Assembly (NCBI RefSeq): GCF_964204645.1
Contig: NW_027437442.1
Location: 61,001 to 125,000 of the forward strand
Origin: Tubulanus polymorphus
Lineage: Eukaryota; Animalia; Nemertea
Length of the DNA stretch: 64,000 nucleotides
Direction: 5' to 3'
In this document: one piece after another, positions 1-12,350 of the stretch
Position numbering within the stretch: the first letter of the stretch is position 1
How the letters are laid out: each line of letters opens with the position of its first letter
Made by a program: the position numbers and the translations under genes
Notes under the pieces: model-generated
What the model was told of the DNA's origin: nothing
The model's input: only the letters and a program-made list of their open reading frames with translations
The model's database searches: none

Positions 1-2095
1 TAAATCTACTAATTCTCCATGTTTTTTTTTATCTGAAAGTGATTCTTTTTCTTGAATTCACTTTTTTAGCTTGTAAATTACAATCTTCATGAGCAGCTCC
101 ACGATAACTTTCTCTAACTTTTTTATCAAATGAATGAAAACGTTTTTCACAGTAACAACAATGAGTTGCATAATTAAAATCAATTTCATCTTCTTTTGTC
201 ATAACTATTCTTTTATTTTTGTTTAATAATTGCGCAAAATCACTTTCTAATTCTATGATTTTATTACAAAATTCATTTACAACATTTTCACCTCCAAAAG
301 AAATATATTGACTTTCATATAATTCAAGATAATTTGATTTTATGTAAATGCCATAAGCAGCAGCTCTTTGATGAACATTCTTAATTGTATTTATAATTGG
401 TGGGCCTTGAATTATATCTTCATTTAGTTCATTTCCTTTATCCATTGATTTTGAAAATTGCTTTTTGTTATATATTTCTTTTCTATCTTGATCAGTTAAT
501 TCTTTATTCAACGATTCAAAATCCCCATGAATTATACAAATGGCACTATATTCTTAAATTTATGATTAGTAAATTTCAACTTACAATCTTTTTTGTTGGC
601 ATTTTTAATTTACAAGAATCTTTATTATCACATAATTCTTTATGTTTTAGTAACGCATTCTCAGTCATAAATTTAGATAAACATTTTCTACATAGATAAA
701 TTTTACGATGTTGATCACTTTCTGTTGTTCTTAAGAATAAATCTATTTGTTTTAACCACACATAATGTTCATTTTCATCTTTTTTGTAATATAACAAATC
801 TATAACATTTTCATCATCATAATATTCTGTTAAATATAAAGCTTCCGATGTATAATCTTTAATATTTTCACCTTTTGTCTCTGGTAATTGCATTAACTCG
901 AATACATTTATTTTTAAATTATTAACTTTTTCTATTTTAGGAATCATCTTTATAGTTAGTGGATATTGATAAATTTTATATAATGTTTCATATTTCCAGT
1001 AATCTGTTATTCTACAAACATTTTCCTGAGTTGGGTGTAAGCAACTTATAATTGACCATAGAAAGCATTTATTATCTTCATTTTGAACATTTATTACTGC
1101 TTTTGTTGTAAATGGTAATTTGATATAACTTGATGCTTTAATATCCTTTTCTGTTGTAAAGTTGGAATTATTTGTAAACATCGTATTACTTTTTGATGCT
1201 TTATTCCTTTTTGTATTATAAATATTTAAATCTAAAAATATAATTTCATTCTATGTTAAACCAGAACCCTCAAAATATCTTTCTTCAATATGACGTTTAA
1301 ATTCATTAAACATTTTTTCTAATTTCTCTTTTATTTGTGTTTTTGAAATTATTTCTTCAGAGTGTGTTTGAATATTATAATCCATTTTAACTTCTGATTT
1401 GATAAAACTTACTTTTCCAGAAATACTAATTTTTGGATATTCAACATCTGTTACCAAATCTTATATTTTTTCCATGATTTCAATAAATTTACTATAATCA
1501 TCTATTGTTGCTCCTTTAAAAAATCTAAATATAATAGCAGCAGGTCCAATTTTACTGCGTAATGTTTCCAGAATTTCAATTGTATCTTTTATTTCTAGTG
1601 AATCGATATAATTTCTAACATTTTCCATATAAGGTTTATTTGAAAAAGACTTAGTTTTTGAAACTGGTTTTTTACTTGCTGAGTTTTATCATCAAAATAA
1701 TCTGTTCCTAAAATATTATTACTTAAATTTTGTTTGTGTATTTGTGATTCGAGATGTCATTTATAATTCCGTTTTGCTATAAATTCATTACAAACTTCAC
1801 ATTTTATCTCATCCACATTCATATTTTCTAACCTTCTTTTCTTTCATTGGAATTTTCTGGAGTTTCAAAATCTATAATATTTTTTATATGATTTGCAGTT
1901 TTTTCATATTTAGATTTATAAGATTTATCGATGTATTTTTTATAATAAGTGCAATAATATTGATTTTTATTAACACCATTGTTTTCTGTCTGGTACTCAC
2001 TATCTCCCATTTATTAGGATAAAAAATTACTTGTGGTGATGAGTGGTGTGTCGTACTCTCGTACTCTGATCTGAAAGCCCACTTTTCCAATTACT
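1..2095 (-). mobile_element. Maverick/Polinton-like element, copy C (terminus plus 5' part of pPolB), running off the left edge; lies in intron 8 of the P450 gene
   Basis: Terminus ctgaaagcccacttttccaattact (2071-2095) is the reverse complement of the family terminal motif seen at 18727 and 30652. Downstream ORF fragments are close homologues of the pPolB N-terminus at 50333-52813. Confidence 0.9.
29..2010 (-). pseudogene. Fragmented protein-primed DNA polymerase B, N-terminal half (C2H2 fingers, EndoVII-like domain start)
   Basis: ORF pieces 1828-2010, 1251-1457, 576-1181 (KAVINVQNEDNKCFLWSII, YLCRKCL) and 29-511 (CxxC...YRGAAHEDCNL) are colinear with copy B pPolB, with several stops and frameshifts. 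Confidence 0.9.
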
Positions 2096-2099
2096 CTCC

Positions 2100-2600
2100 T
2101 GTATTCTCTCCTCTCGCGGGGAATCTACGGTGCAATTTGGATAGTAACAGTCGAAAACATGTTGGGCAGATTGGGCTAATAACAATCTAAGTAGTGAATT
2201 TTTCAAGCATTCGATTAAGCTTAGAATATGGCTGATCATTTTACGCAAGATATAATGGGTAATGTTAAAACTCATGATTATTGCATGAATTATCGTATTT
2301 CTTTAGATAGTTTTGGCTTTGCGCAGTATTTATCTGATTTGCCTGACTACATGAGACCTAAGCTAACCAAGTGTCGATTGGGTTCATTTAACATCCCGGT
2401 GTTCCGTTTGAGATTTTAACGACTTTCCAGAAGTTATAAGTGTAAAATGAGCGATGAGTTTCGTGTTCTCCTGAAATGAGATCATTATTCTAATTTGCAC
2501 CAGAAACATATACCACCAAAGTTTAATTGGCGGCGGCCAAACGTTATCAAGTTCAGGGCATTGCTTAGTAAAATTAATTTCCAGAAAAATTATCCTTAAT
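2100..2600 (+). mobile_element. Degenerate 3' fragment of a CR1/L2-group LINE (host site of copy C)
   Basis: ORF 2228-2419 (FAQYLSDLP...KLTKCRLGSFNIPV) resembles the post-RT C-terminal region also seen in 9938-10543. Confidence 0.55.
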
Positions 2601-3063
2601 TTCGAAGTTAATTTTGTAGGCTAGCATTGATGCAGAACTATCTCATTTATCCACGCTAGCGAAAATATTTATGAATAATTCCTCTTTTTTTCTGTAACGA
2701 AAGTATGGAAAACAGTTAAATTGAATTGATCGACGTAAGCGATGTAAAAAAAAAAAAATAATTATTATTTATTTGATCGATGTGAACGATGTAAATAAAA
2801 AAAATAGTAATTAGTCATTTGATCGATGTGAACGATGTAAATAAAAAAAATAATAATTAGTCATTTGATCGATGTCAACAAGAAAATAATGGCCATTCAC
2901 GCGTCTTAAGCCCAATATTTACTTCGTCGAGTTGGGTGTATTCTAACTTCAAATATGAATTGGACTACTTTAACCTGTTCTGGAGTTAAGCTCGGATTTC
3001 AGTTTCTTTTTCGTTATAAAAGTCGTTGTTTTTATTTTTCCACTGAAGATTTGATGTACCTAC

Positions 3064-4603
3064 TTTCTGTTGATGTTCGCGGCTTTCTATTATTTTCATT
3101 GCCATATCTTCTACCCATAATTGCGGATCTTGATACAGTCCACATAGCTCTAAAGGTTTTCGTAAACGCAACAGAAAATTATTCAATCCCGGAAAGATAA
3201 CTGAAAATAGACATGTCCCTTCAATTCAATTGATATTCTTCACAAGGCAATGGCGTTGCCATAGGGTTTATACATGTATCGCGACTGTAGAACTATACGA
3301 TGTTAGCTTTTCAGTGAATTCATTTGCTTCTAACAAATATATCTAACAAACATACACACTTCACATGTACGTCCGTGGTATATGTCTATGATTGAAAATA
3401 AAATGCGAACTTATCGCATCCGACATGTTATCAGCAATCCTCTAATGACTGAACGTACAAACATGTTTTCGGGACATTTCTAGTTCTGCCACTAGGTGGC
3501 GCACTGGGACCATTCTATACACTAAAACAACTAGACACCCATAGCAACATATAGCCATGTTTCATCAAACCACCGTTTTACACCAAGTTCACGAAGTTTC
3601 ATCCACGCCCTATTTCAACAAAACAGACACGCACACATGCAGACAGGCAACCGACAAGCAGGATACAGACAGGGTGACATACATACGATACGAGAATATT
3701 GGTCAAACGCAGGCCCGAGAACCAAAAAAGACTCACGCGCGGCTAAGACTAATATATTCGTCTGTGAAAAAATATTCGCAAAACATCGTTCACTTTCAAC
3801 TCTGAATCTGCTCTGCTGACTGCGCTGGGCCTCCATCTTTAATCCAAACGCGCACGAAGCGATCACGTCAAGGCTGTATTCACTAAACAAACTAGATTTT
3901 AGAAAACAATATCGGGTTTTCTTTCGTGTTTTTGGAGAAAGTAAGAGCCAAAAATAAATGATGTTGTTCTAAAGTATACTCGATGGAAGCAATGGAAAAT
4001 GAATATATCCGGGCTTGTTTTGTGGCCCTAGGTGTGTTGATTAAAAACGTCAATGGGCCGAAAGGATCATAGTCACATTTCGGAAATTACTTGAAGATTT
4101 GAAATATTAAGGGATAGAATCAGTTCTTAAATCGCCAGGACGAATTCCACTTAAAAATCCGTGCTGCTTTTGATATAAAAGTGTTCACTCTTGTAACTAC
4201 AGCTATAGCGTGTCGGGTTATTTGCACAGTCGAGGCTAGTCTCAGACCATCTTGTTATACAGCCAAATTGATAAATCAAATGTAGTATTATTTTTTCCAA
4301 GACTAAATTACGTATGTACGATTCGGCGATGGGGGCCTGAAATATTCGATGCCTGACAGAGATATAAGCCTTAACACTTTTGACACTGACCTCACCATGT
4401 CGAATGGTTTATTTTGCTTCGCTTTCGATTCGATGACCTCCAAGAAAATATCAACTGCTTCGTTCATCTGTGGCACCATCTATATGTTATAAGATGAACT
4501 ATAATATCCATAATAATAATAAAAATAATAATATCCATAATAATAATAATAATAATATCAATAATAATGATAGTAACTTATAATATCCATATTAATAATA
4601 TCC

Positions 4604-4641
<38 letters not shown>

Positions 4642-7600
4642 ATAATAATAATAATATTAATAATAATAATAATAATAATAATGATAATAATAATAACAAT
4701 AATAATAATAATAATAATAAACTATTAAAATGATTATTATTATCATTATTATTGATGGTGATGGTGATGGGTTGATAGCGGATTTGGGTTGATAGATTGA
4801 ACCCTCCCTTGTGGAACTGCAGACAACCTCAGATGTGAAGCAATGTGAAACTGCGTCACGAAGTCATATCAAACCGAAACTAAATTTCAAGCCGGGTCCA
4901 GAGTCAAATCAATCCCTCAGTAATCGTGGAACTGGATCCAGATTCAAATAAAATTCACAAAGCTCTGTAACTGGGACCCAATTTCTTTGGAAATGTGTCT
5001 ACAGTCAGGTTAGGTTTGACCCACCTCTGTGGAACTGGGTTCAAATCAAACACTCGATCAAGATTAATCAAATAACAAAATAATAGTGTTCTGCTTAATA
5101 TACCGGTACTACCTCATTCAATTTGCGAGCAGTAAAAGTCCTACTGACAATCGAACGGATTCGTTTCCAGCGTTTTCCGCTCATTATCGGTAACAAGGCC
5201 TCCTCGTGGTCATCGTTTGGGAAAAACGGTACTACCTAGAAACAGAAACCATATTCACGTCTTATTAATGTCTCTCAGATCCTTTGAAACTAGGACCTAT
5301 AATGATTGCCCCGATTGGCAAGTTTCTATCACATGACTGAGAAAAGGCTTCATATTGCTTATGTACGTACATCTGGCTATTCTAACCAGATGATATCATG
5401 ACACAGTTTATCCGCGATGTCATCATAAGCCAATCAAAAATCACGTTTTATTTAGCAGGGGTTATTTATTATCTAATATATTAGCAAAAAATGATAGTAC
5501 TGCCTTGTTTCTCTCAATTGGCCAGGTCATTTTGTATAAGATTGCAATGAAATATGTCATAACATTTTTACATCTTCCGGGTCTGTTAAAGGCATAGTTA
5601 GCTTGATCCACGTCATGAAAAAGTAATGTTCAGGGTAGATAGGGGCCGGCTGGGTCAGTTCTTAGGCTCAGCAGAAGGGAGAAACATGGTATCAAATATC
5701 CAATAGTATCCTTGGCGATTATACATTCAGAATGGGGAGCCACCAAGAATGCTAATATGGCAATCGGTATTAGTAGTTTCTCGGTCGTCTGCGTTCAATT
5801 TCTTCCAATTTCAGTAAAAAATAATGAACTCTACTGGTCTTTGGAAAACTATGCCTATCAATTAGAAAAATGAGTTTGATACATGTATGGTGGGTACTGT
5901 GGTAATATTTTGGTTTATGAACCTAAAAATATTTTAAATTTTAATTTAGTTAATTTAATAGTTAATTTATGGTGAACTAATTTTTTGCTTCGAATATTTA
6001 ACACGAAATATGCGAGTAGCGGCATACCTACCTTACGATTGGGAAAATTGCTGAAATTGCTGATATAGACGGATCTGATGATTTCTAGATCGGTTGTAGC
6101 AAGTACCGGAGTCGGTCCTTCGAAGTATCTGGAGAAAATAAATCATGCTCGGATATCGAAATGTTCGTCGAATGTTTCAATTGTTATTGAGGCTGCGTAG
6201 TTGAACTACGTAATACAACTATCACAAATGCTCCGTGCGACGTTTTGGATCAATTTGTTTTGTAATATATCTGCATTCAGAAATGAATTATGAATTGGCA
6301 TAAATTGGTTTGTTTTTATCTAGCGGCGATTGTTTATCTAGCATACGCTCGCGTAATGCTGAAAAACTCCCTTTTCGGCCCGTCACGTGGCGCCACCTAA
6401 TGTGTTTTGTTATGCTAATGAATAGGTGATGACGTCATAGCAACGTTTCCGAGCGTCCGCGCAACAGTTTTTGCAGTATTACGCGAGCGTATGCTGAGTT
6501 AACTATCGCTCATAAATGAAAACAAAAACTACTTTAGTAAATATTGTTGTTTACATCTGAATGCAAATTCCTCACTGAACAAATCGACGCATGATAAAGG
6601 TAGATAAAACGATTATTAATGAAATCACGGATCAAAACGTCGCACGGAGAGCATGTGACAAACAATAGCAAGAATTTTTTTCTAAGACCATTTTCCGCCT
6701 CTGCTCCTCGTCCATGGAACAGTTTGTCAACACATATTAGGGCAGAAAATTTCAAGTGCCTTTTAAACGATGCATTATCAGTATCATTTTTAACCATGGC
6801 TAACTGGATATATAACTGTTGAATTGCACGATTTAACGTAACCAGTGCCAAAATTGGAAGGCATAAGTCTTTTGAAACCGAACCACTCATTTCTTAGATC
6901 TACCAACCCCGATCTGCGCATTTTATTACTGAAGAATTACTTAGATAAATCTAATTTATTTTCAAATTGAAATTGCTTTTCCAAATCCTTTGCTAGAAAT
7001 TGCGAATAATGTTGTTTATTTTGAGGTCCTTTTTAACCAAAAGTAGCTTGAAATGCAAAGAGGTTTACCCGAAAGTCGGTCCATAATCATTATACCATTT
7101 GAAGAGAGTTTTACCGAGACCCTGAAAATATAAACTATCGACGTGCTCATGGCGCCATTACAATTTCAGCAGATTATCAAATACTAAGATAAATTTCATA
7201 ATTTTCGAATGGCGGTATTAGTTAACATTCGAAATATTTTACTATTACTATAATGAACGATTTTAATGAGGAAATGATTGTGGGATTTTAAGTAAACCTT
7301 AATAATATGCCATAGCAGCTGTTGGTATTTATAAAATCCTTTCGCGTTTTAGTTTGTGGTGGTTATTCTCGAAGAATATAAAGACCATGATGGTCTATTT
7401 CAATAAACTTAAACTTAAAACTTATAAATCAATCTAACGATGTCATAAAGGTATTTATAGATTTTTAAGGTATTCTTTTCATGATTAAGTAAAGATAGTC
7501 GTAGAGGTGAATGTAGATTTACCTGATCTGCCGCTTGTTTGAAATTACCGATAAACATTTCCGGATCGGGACCCGGAATCCCAAGTCTTTTGAAAATTCC

Positions 7601-7786
7601 GTAATTCCATTTTCTATATCTGCAAGCAAAGAACAAGTACGAGAACTGAGTGTATACAAAACGTTGAGAGGACATATAAAAATCTGTTTTCAAATGTCTA
7701 AAACGTCGATTTTCCATTAGTACTTACGTGTAAAAGATTGATGCGAGAATAATTGCAGAAACTGCTAAAATCGCTGTCAATGCCAT
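3064..7786 (-). CDS. Cytochrome P450, CYP3 clan (CYP3A/thromboxane synthase-like), exons 1-8; the 3' exons lie outside the window
   Basis: Exons read with GT-AG boundaries and consistent phase: 7786-7728 (MALTAILAVSAIILASIFY anchor), 7619-7523 (FKRLGIPGPDP), 7121-7069 (53 nt, YGPTFG), 6128-6032 (YFEGPTPVLATTDLE...NFPNR), 5235-5113 (WKRIRS = WxxxR helix C), 4479-4391 (89 nt), 3891-3737 (YSLDVIASCAFG), 3200-3064. The 53-nt and 89-nt exons match vertebrate CYP3A exons 3 and 6. Confidence 0.93.
4501..4750. repeat. (AAT)n-rich microsatellite in P450 intron 5
   Basis: Visible imperfect AAT run. Confidence 0.9.
6325..6510. mobile_element. MITE-like element with ~45-bp terminal inverted repeats
   Basis: agcatacgctcgcgtaatgctgaaaaact near 6340 is the near-perfect reverse complement of agtttttgcagtattacgcgagcgtatgct near 6466-6495. 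Confidence 0.7.
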
Positions 7787-10639
7787 TATCTAATTCACAG
7801 TGCTGCTCTGGAAATAACTACTACGATGAAGGCTCACCACAGTGTGACCGTAAACTACGTGTTTGACCCAATAACTGGTTTTGTATCGCATTGGAAATGT
7901 CTTTAACCATGAAAAATCATTATCAATTCAGCCGTTCAAAGTTCAAATAGTCGTCAACAATATTTCTCATAGTGTTGTGTACATAAATCAAAGTTATACG
8001 TATACCAGTTTTTGCAACTGAAATAGAAATCAGGTTTTGGTTTTAATGTGCCTTCTCAGCACGTACTACGTATGTAGATAAACATGAGCCCCAGGGGTGT
8101 TAAAATACTGCTTTTTATATTTACCGCTATCCTGTCACACGTTTGACCAGCATTAATCTTAAAGTTAGTTTATTTCTGTTGGCCATACTCATAATTTTGG
8201 TTGGATTTGAACTGTTGTTCAACGTGAGTCGTAGTTTGAAAGGTTAAGTACCGTACGTGTAATCCTCGGCTACGATGGCAAGCCAGTATTCCCCCGATAA
8301 AATCAGTTGAATATCGCAATCATATCACGGTTTTTATTCAAGTATGAAAACGTTAGTTGTTTTTGAAATTCAGTTGAAATTATGATTCTCAATATGAAAG
8401 GCTGAATCCAAGAACATGTCTATCACACTTTTGAGCCCAAACGTCTACTTTTACTTAGTAGCCACTTGAGAACAATAAGCAATTAACGATATCGGCTACT
8501 TTTCCAGTAGTATACATTTCAAAACAGTCACTCTGGAATAGTATTCCTTTCAATTCGGTTGGTTTTCTATAGTGGCTGTTTCGAAGAGTCTACTATTGAA
8601 AAGTGACCATTTTGAAACATCTGGTTTCGATAGTGCACACTAGCAGTAGAGGTGACTGTAAAACCACCCGCCTGTTAACAGTGACTTAGTGATAGTAACT
8701 CCTACCATAGCAGCTACTCTCAAAACACATCGTTTCTAAAAGTCAACTATTGAAAAGTGACCATTTTGAGATGGCATGGTTATTTCCTGTTCAAAATAGC
8801 AGCATCTGTTAAAGATTTGCAGTGATACGTGACAGGTTCAAAGGTACTGTTAAACCCTATATGCTTTGTATACAGAACTCTGTATGCTTTGAATACAGTT
8901 CTGTGAATAGAAAATCAAAGTTTTTGAGATGCTTAGAATTCCCTAAATTATATTACGCTCAACTGCTTTGGCCACCAAAAGACCACAAACCAAAACTAAT
9001 TACCTCTTAACATTGATAAACTTAGCACCGCAATATCTCTATGAAACTTTATTTCAAGGTGCCAATATAATAACATATATTATTATAATATAATATTATA
9101 ATATATAATAGAAAAAGAGTTTACTTGGAGAAAACTGATAATTCAGTTAATGAGTTAACTGATAATCTTATAATTCAGCGATTCATTGGTTCATCGATTC
9201 AGCGAAGTTCAAACACCGTACATTTTGGCATGTTATTATATTGGCACCTTGAAAAGTAGTAAACCTCATTAATGCCTAAATCGTTCGGCAGAGCTCGGTC
9301 AAGAGCCTGTAGAGCCTTTGTTTTTATTGTGACGTCACGCCGCGTGCCTATATAAGTGCCAAAGTACGTCTGTTTGTCAATCACAACTCGATTGTCAGAT
9401 CCGTCACGGTCTTTCAAAGCAAGGCTGAAGATTCCCTATTAGACTGTCTTATTCTACTTATTTCTCTCGGTGAGCGACTGAAGATGATTTTGATTATTTA
9501 TTTTTTTGTATTATAGTAGATTGTATCACACGAAATTATTTGGTATGGATGGTGACATATGGAAACCTTTAGTTTTCAAACTATGCACCTTTGAGATCTT
9601 TCAGCTTCTGCTCGTGTAAATAAATAAGTGTGAACTGTGAAGTGATATGAAGCACCATGTAAATAGATACTCAAATCAATGCGATAATTCAATTCAATTC
9701 AGTTAATTCTTTGTTCCGTTACGTAGTTAAACATTATAAGATTAAGTACAATAAAGACAGGGGAATAAAATATAACATTTTAAAAGATAGAGATAATAAA
9801 AACAATAACAGTTTAATATGCATATATACACGATGTAAACAGGTTTTCAGTAAGTGATTCAGTGATAGTTTAATTAATTAATGCCGATAACGGATACTGC
9901 GACGTAACACTACTGATTTCAGACAGTTGTTTTTTTTTCATGAGTTAGACCCTTTCTCAATGTATTTCTCTAAATATTTGGCCATTTCTACAGAGGACAT
10001 TTTAGTTACAAATTTGACTTTATCATTTACATTCGACATGCTAGGATATTGATTATAAAATTTATTCAACAGATCTGTTCTTAAATTATCAAATTTTGCA
10101 CACTCCATTACAAAGTGGAACTCATCTTCTACTACTCCACATCTGCTACATAAGCGCTCTTCCCTAGGGATACCTAGGTAGCGCCCTTTCTCAATCATAA
10201 GTTTGTGTGCACTGAGTCTTAATTTGGTTAGAGCTGTCTTAGAGGAAATTGGAATGTTCAGTAGTAAATAGGGTTCCAAACTGAATTCTGTTTTGAAGAT
10301 CTTATATGAGTCAAGTTTTTTAAAGCTTTGAATTTTTGTTTTCCAGAATATTTTATACCGCTCTTGGAGTATGTGTTTGAATCTTTTAATATGCTGATAG
10401 GACTGGCCAACTTCCAACAGGTTGAGACTATTTGTAGCAGACAAAATAGCTTTTAGGAAAACAGTCCAGTCATTTGTCTGGTTTTTCATAGAACACAAAT
10501 CTTTCACCGTTATATTTACAATACTATTTACATTTGTACACATATGGTTATAAAAGTTAATTATACGGGAAAATGCATCTATATAAATCGATAGTCTTCC
10601 TAATTCACCGAGTACTGTTAAATTGGTGGGTTTTTGTTT

Positions 10640-12350
10640 TTAGCATTGGTTGACGTCTATGACGTCATGCCAATGCTAGTAAAATGGATCGAAAATAGTA
10701 GTACGAAAAATAGCGCCGACTCTTCTCATTTTCATAGTAACTTCAAATTGTCACTCCGTTCACGTAAAACATTAGAAACAGCTGAAAATGACTTTAAAAA
10801 AGTTTAAATTATTCCCCACAACATAGCGTCGCCAGATTTCTGATTTAATGGTCCAAAAAGTTTTTCGATCGCATTTTTCTCGTTCATTATCTGGTTGATG
10901 AGGGCGGGTTAAACAATCGCGTAGCGATGTGTCTGCATTGATATTGGCAGTAAAGAATGGTGAACAGCCTCTTCTGAATAGAAAAACATAAAATTATGTA
11001 CCTCCAGTTTATAAATATCACAGTGTTTGGATATCACTGCAATTCCAACTATCAGTATCTATGGGATTATTTGGGATTAATTTTCAACGTCAGATTACGT
11101 ACTTCTAGAGCAGTGGAACGGTAGCCTACTCGTGACTGAAACCCGTATGTGATCGTGCGGGAACGCCTTTACTAAAGTTAAAAACCATTTCATGATGACA
11201 CGAAACATCAAACGGTAAACGGTAGGCTACCAGCTACCACCATGATACGATATCACCAATAAAGATGGATCATTTTATTCAATTTTATCAGAGTTGTTTA
11301 TTGGATGAAAATATCATTGTTAAGTAGCCTACGCCGAGAACAACCATGTTGTATCATTAATCAGTTGACTGACATTGTAGAATTCGATTCGGCTATATTC
11401 TAATATAAGTTTTCACTTTAGGATGCCCTACCCGCCTGCTGCGCACTCATAAGGCGGTAGCTCCCTTTTACGCACTCGGCAGAGATTCGCTTTGTAATGC
11501 GCGCCGGGAAAAAATACCTTTTATTATCTTTTCCATGCGTTAAACAACAGTGATTGAATTTACGCGTTGTTTGTCGTAAATTGCAATATTGCGATGGTTA
11601 TTTGCCGCTGCTGTAGTTTTTTGGAATTGAATCGAGCGGCCTCGGTAGCTCAGTGAGATAAGGCGTGATGCTGTTGAATCCACTATCAATGCTGAGTGAC
11701 AAGTGGGTTCGAGTCCTGCTGGCTGCGAATAGTGTGCGGGCAACACTTCAAAGGCCGCACCGTCGTCGTGAGGTTAAATGAACAATCCAATAGGAATAGT
11801 CTTGGGAAACCAAGATCCAAACGACGTACGTAAAGCCAAACAAACAAACAATCATCAGCCGGCATCAGTGACACCAACGCCGGCATCGCTCTCTGCGACG
11901 TGTTGCATGCGTACATGCATCAGAGCTTGGAGCTCTAAGATCGGAGGGTCTTGCAATTGCATTCAGAAAAAAACGTTCTGTTTTTGTTTTTGTTTTCATT
12001 ATTCAGTGGGGCCTAACAGTTCATGCGTAAAAATGGGTTTTTGTATCCAAATCTTGATTGATATAAATATCTTGGCTGGGACATGATGGAAAACATCAGA
12101 ATAAACTAGTTTCGTATTTTTAACAGAATCGCATTAATGAGGTTTAACAGTACAAATAGCCTAGGCTAAATCGTTCGGCAGAAAATGAATTCATTTTCAG
12201 GAACAAAATCGTACTAGACAAATAGACCTTTAAGTCTGTGGTCCTCCCAATCAACATCGTCATGGAAGATTTGCCGGCAGATGTAAAACATTATAACCAC
12301 TTAATACCACAGTATAATCTACCAATGCTTCAAGGCCCATGGGCCTCTTG
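10640..12350 (+). mobile_element. Non-autonomous Helentron/DINE-1-like (HINE) element inserted in the LINE
   Basis: Sub-TIR agcattggt (10642-10650) with a nearby short inverted copy (ccaatgct, ~10669), 3' sub-TIR accaatgct (12321-12329) followed by the perfect palindrome aggcccatgggcct (12333-12346); T-rich insertion site. Confidence 0.75.
11636..11727 (+). pseudogene. tRNA-derived sequence (SINE head or tRNA pseudogene)
   Basis: A-box tagctcagtgag, B-box ggttcgagtcc, acceptor-like gcggcc/ggctgc. The anticodon arm is irregular and over-long, and the sequence lies within a repeat. Confidence 0.6.

Noticed and set aside
11636-11727. Functional tRNA gene
   Set aside because: No clean anticodon stem-loop, weak T-stem, no T-run terminator, and embedded in a repeat.
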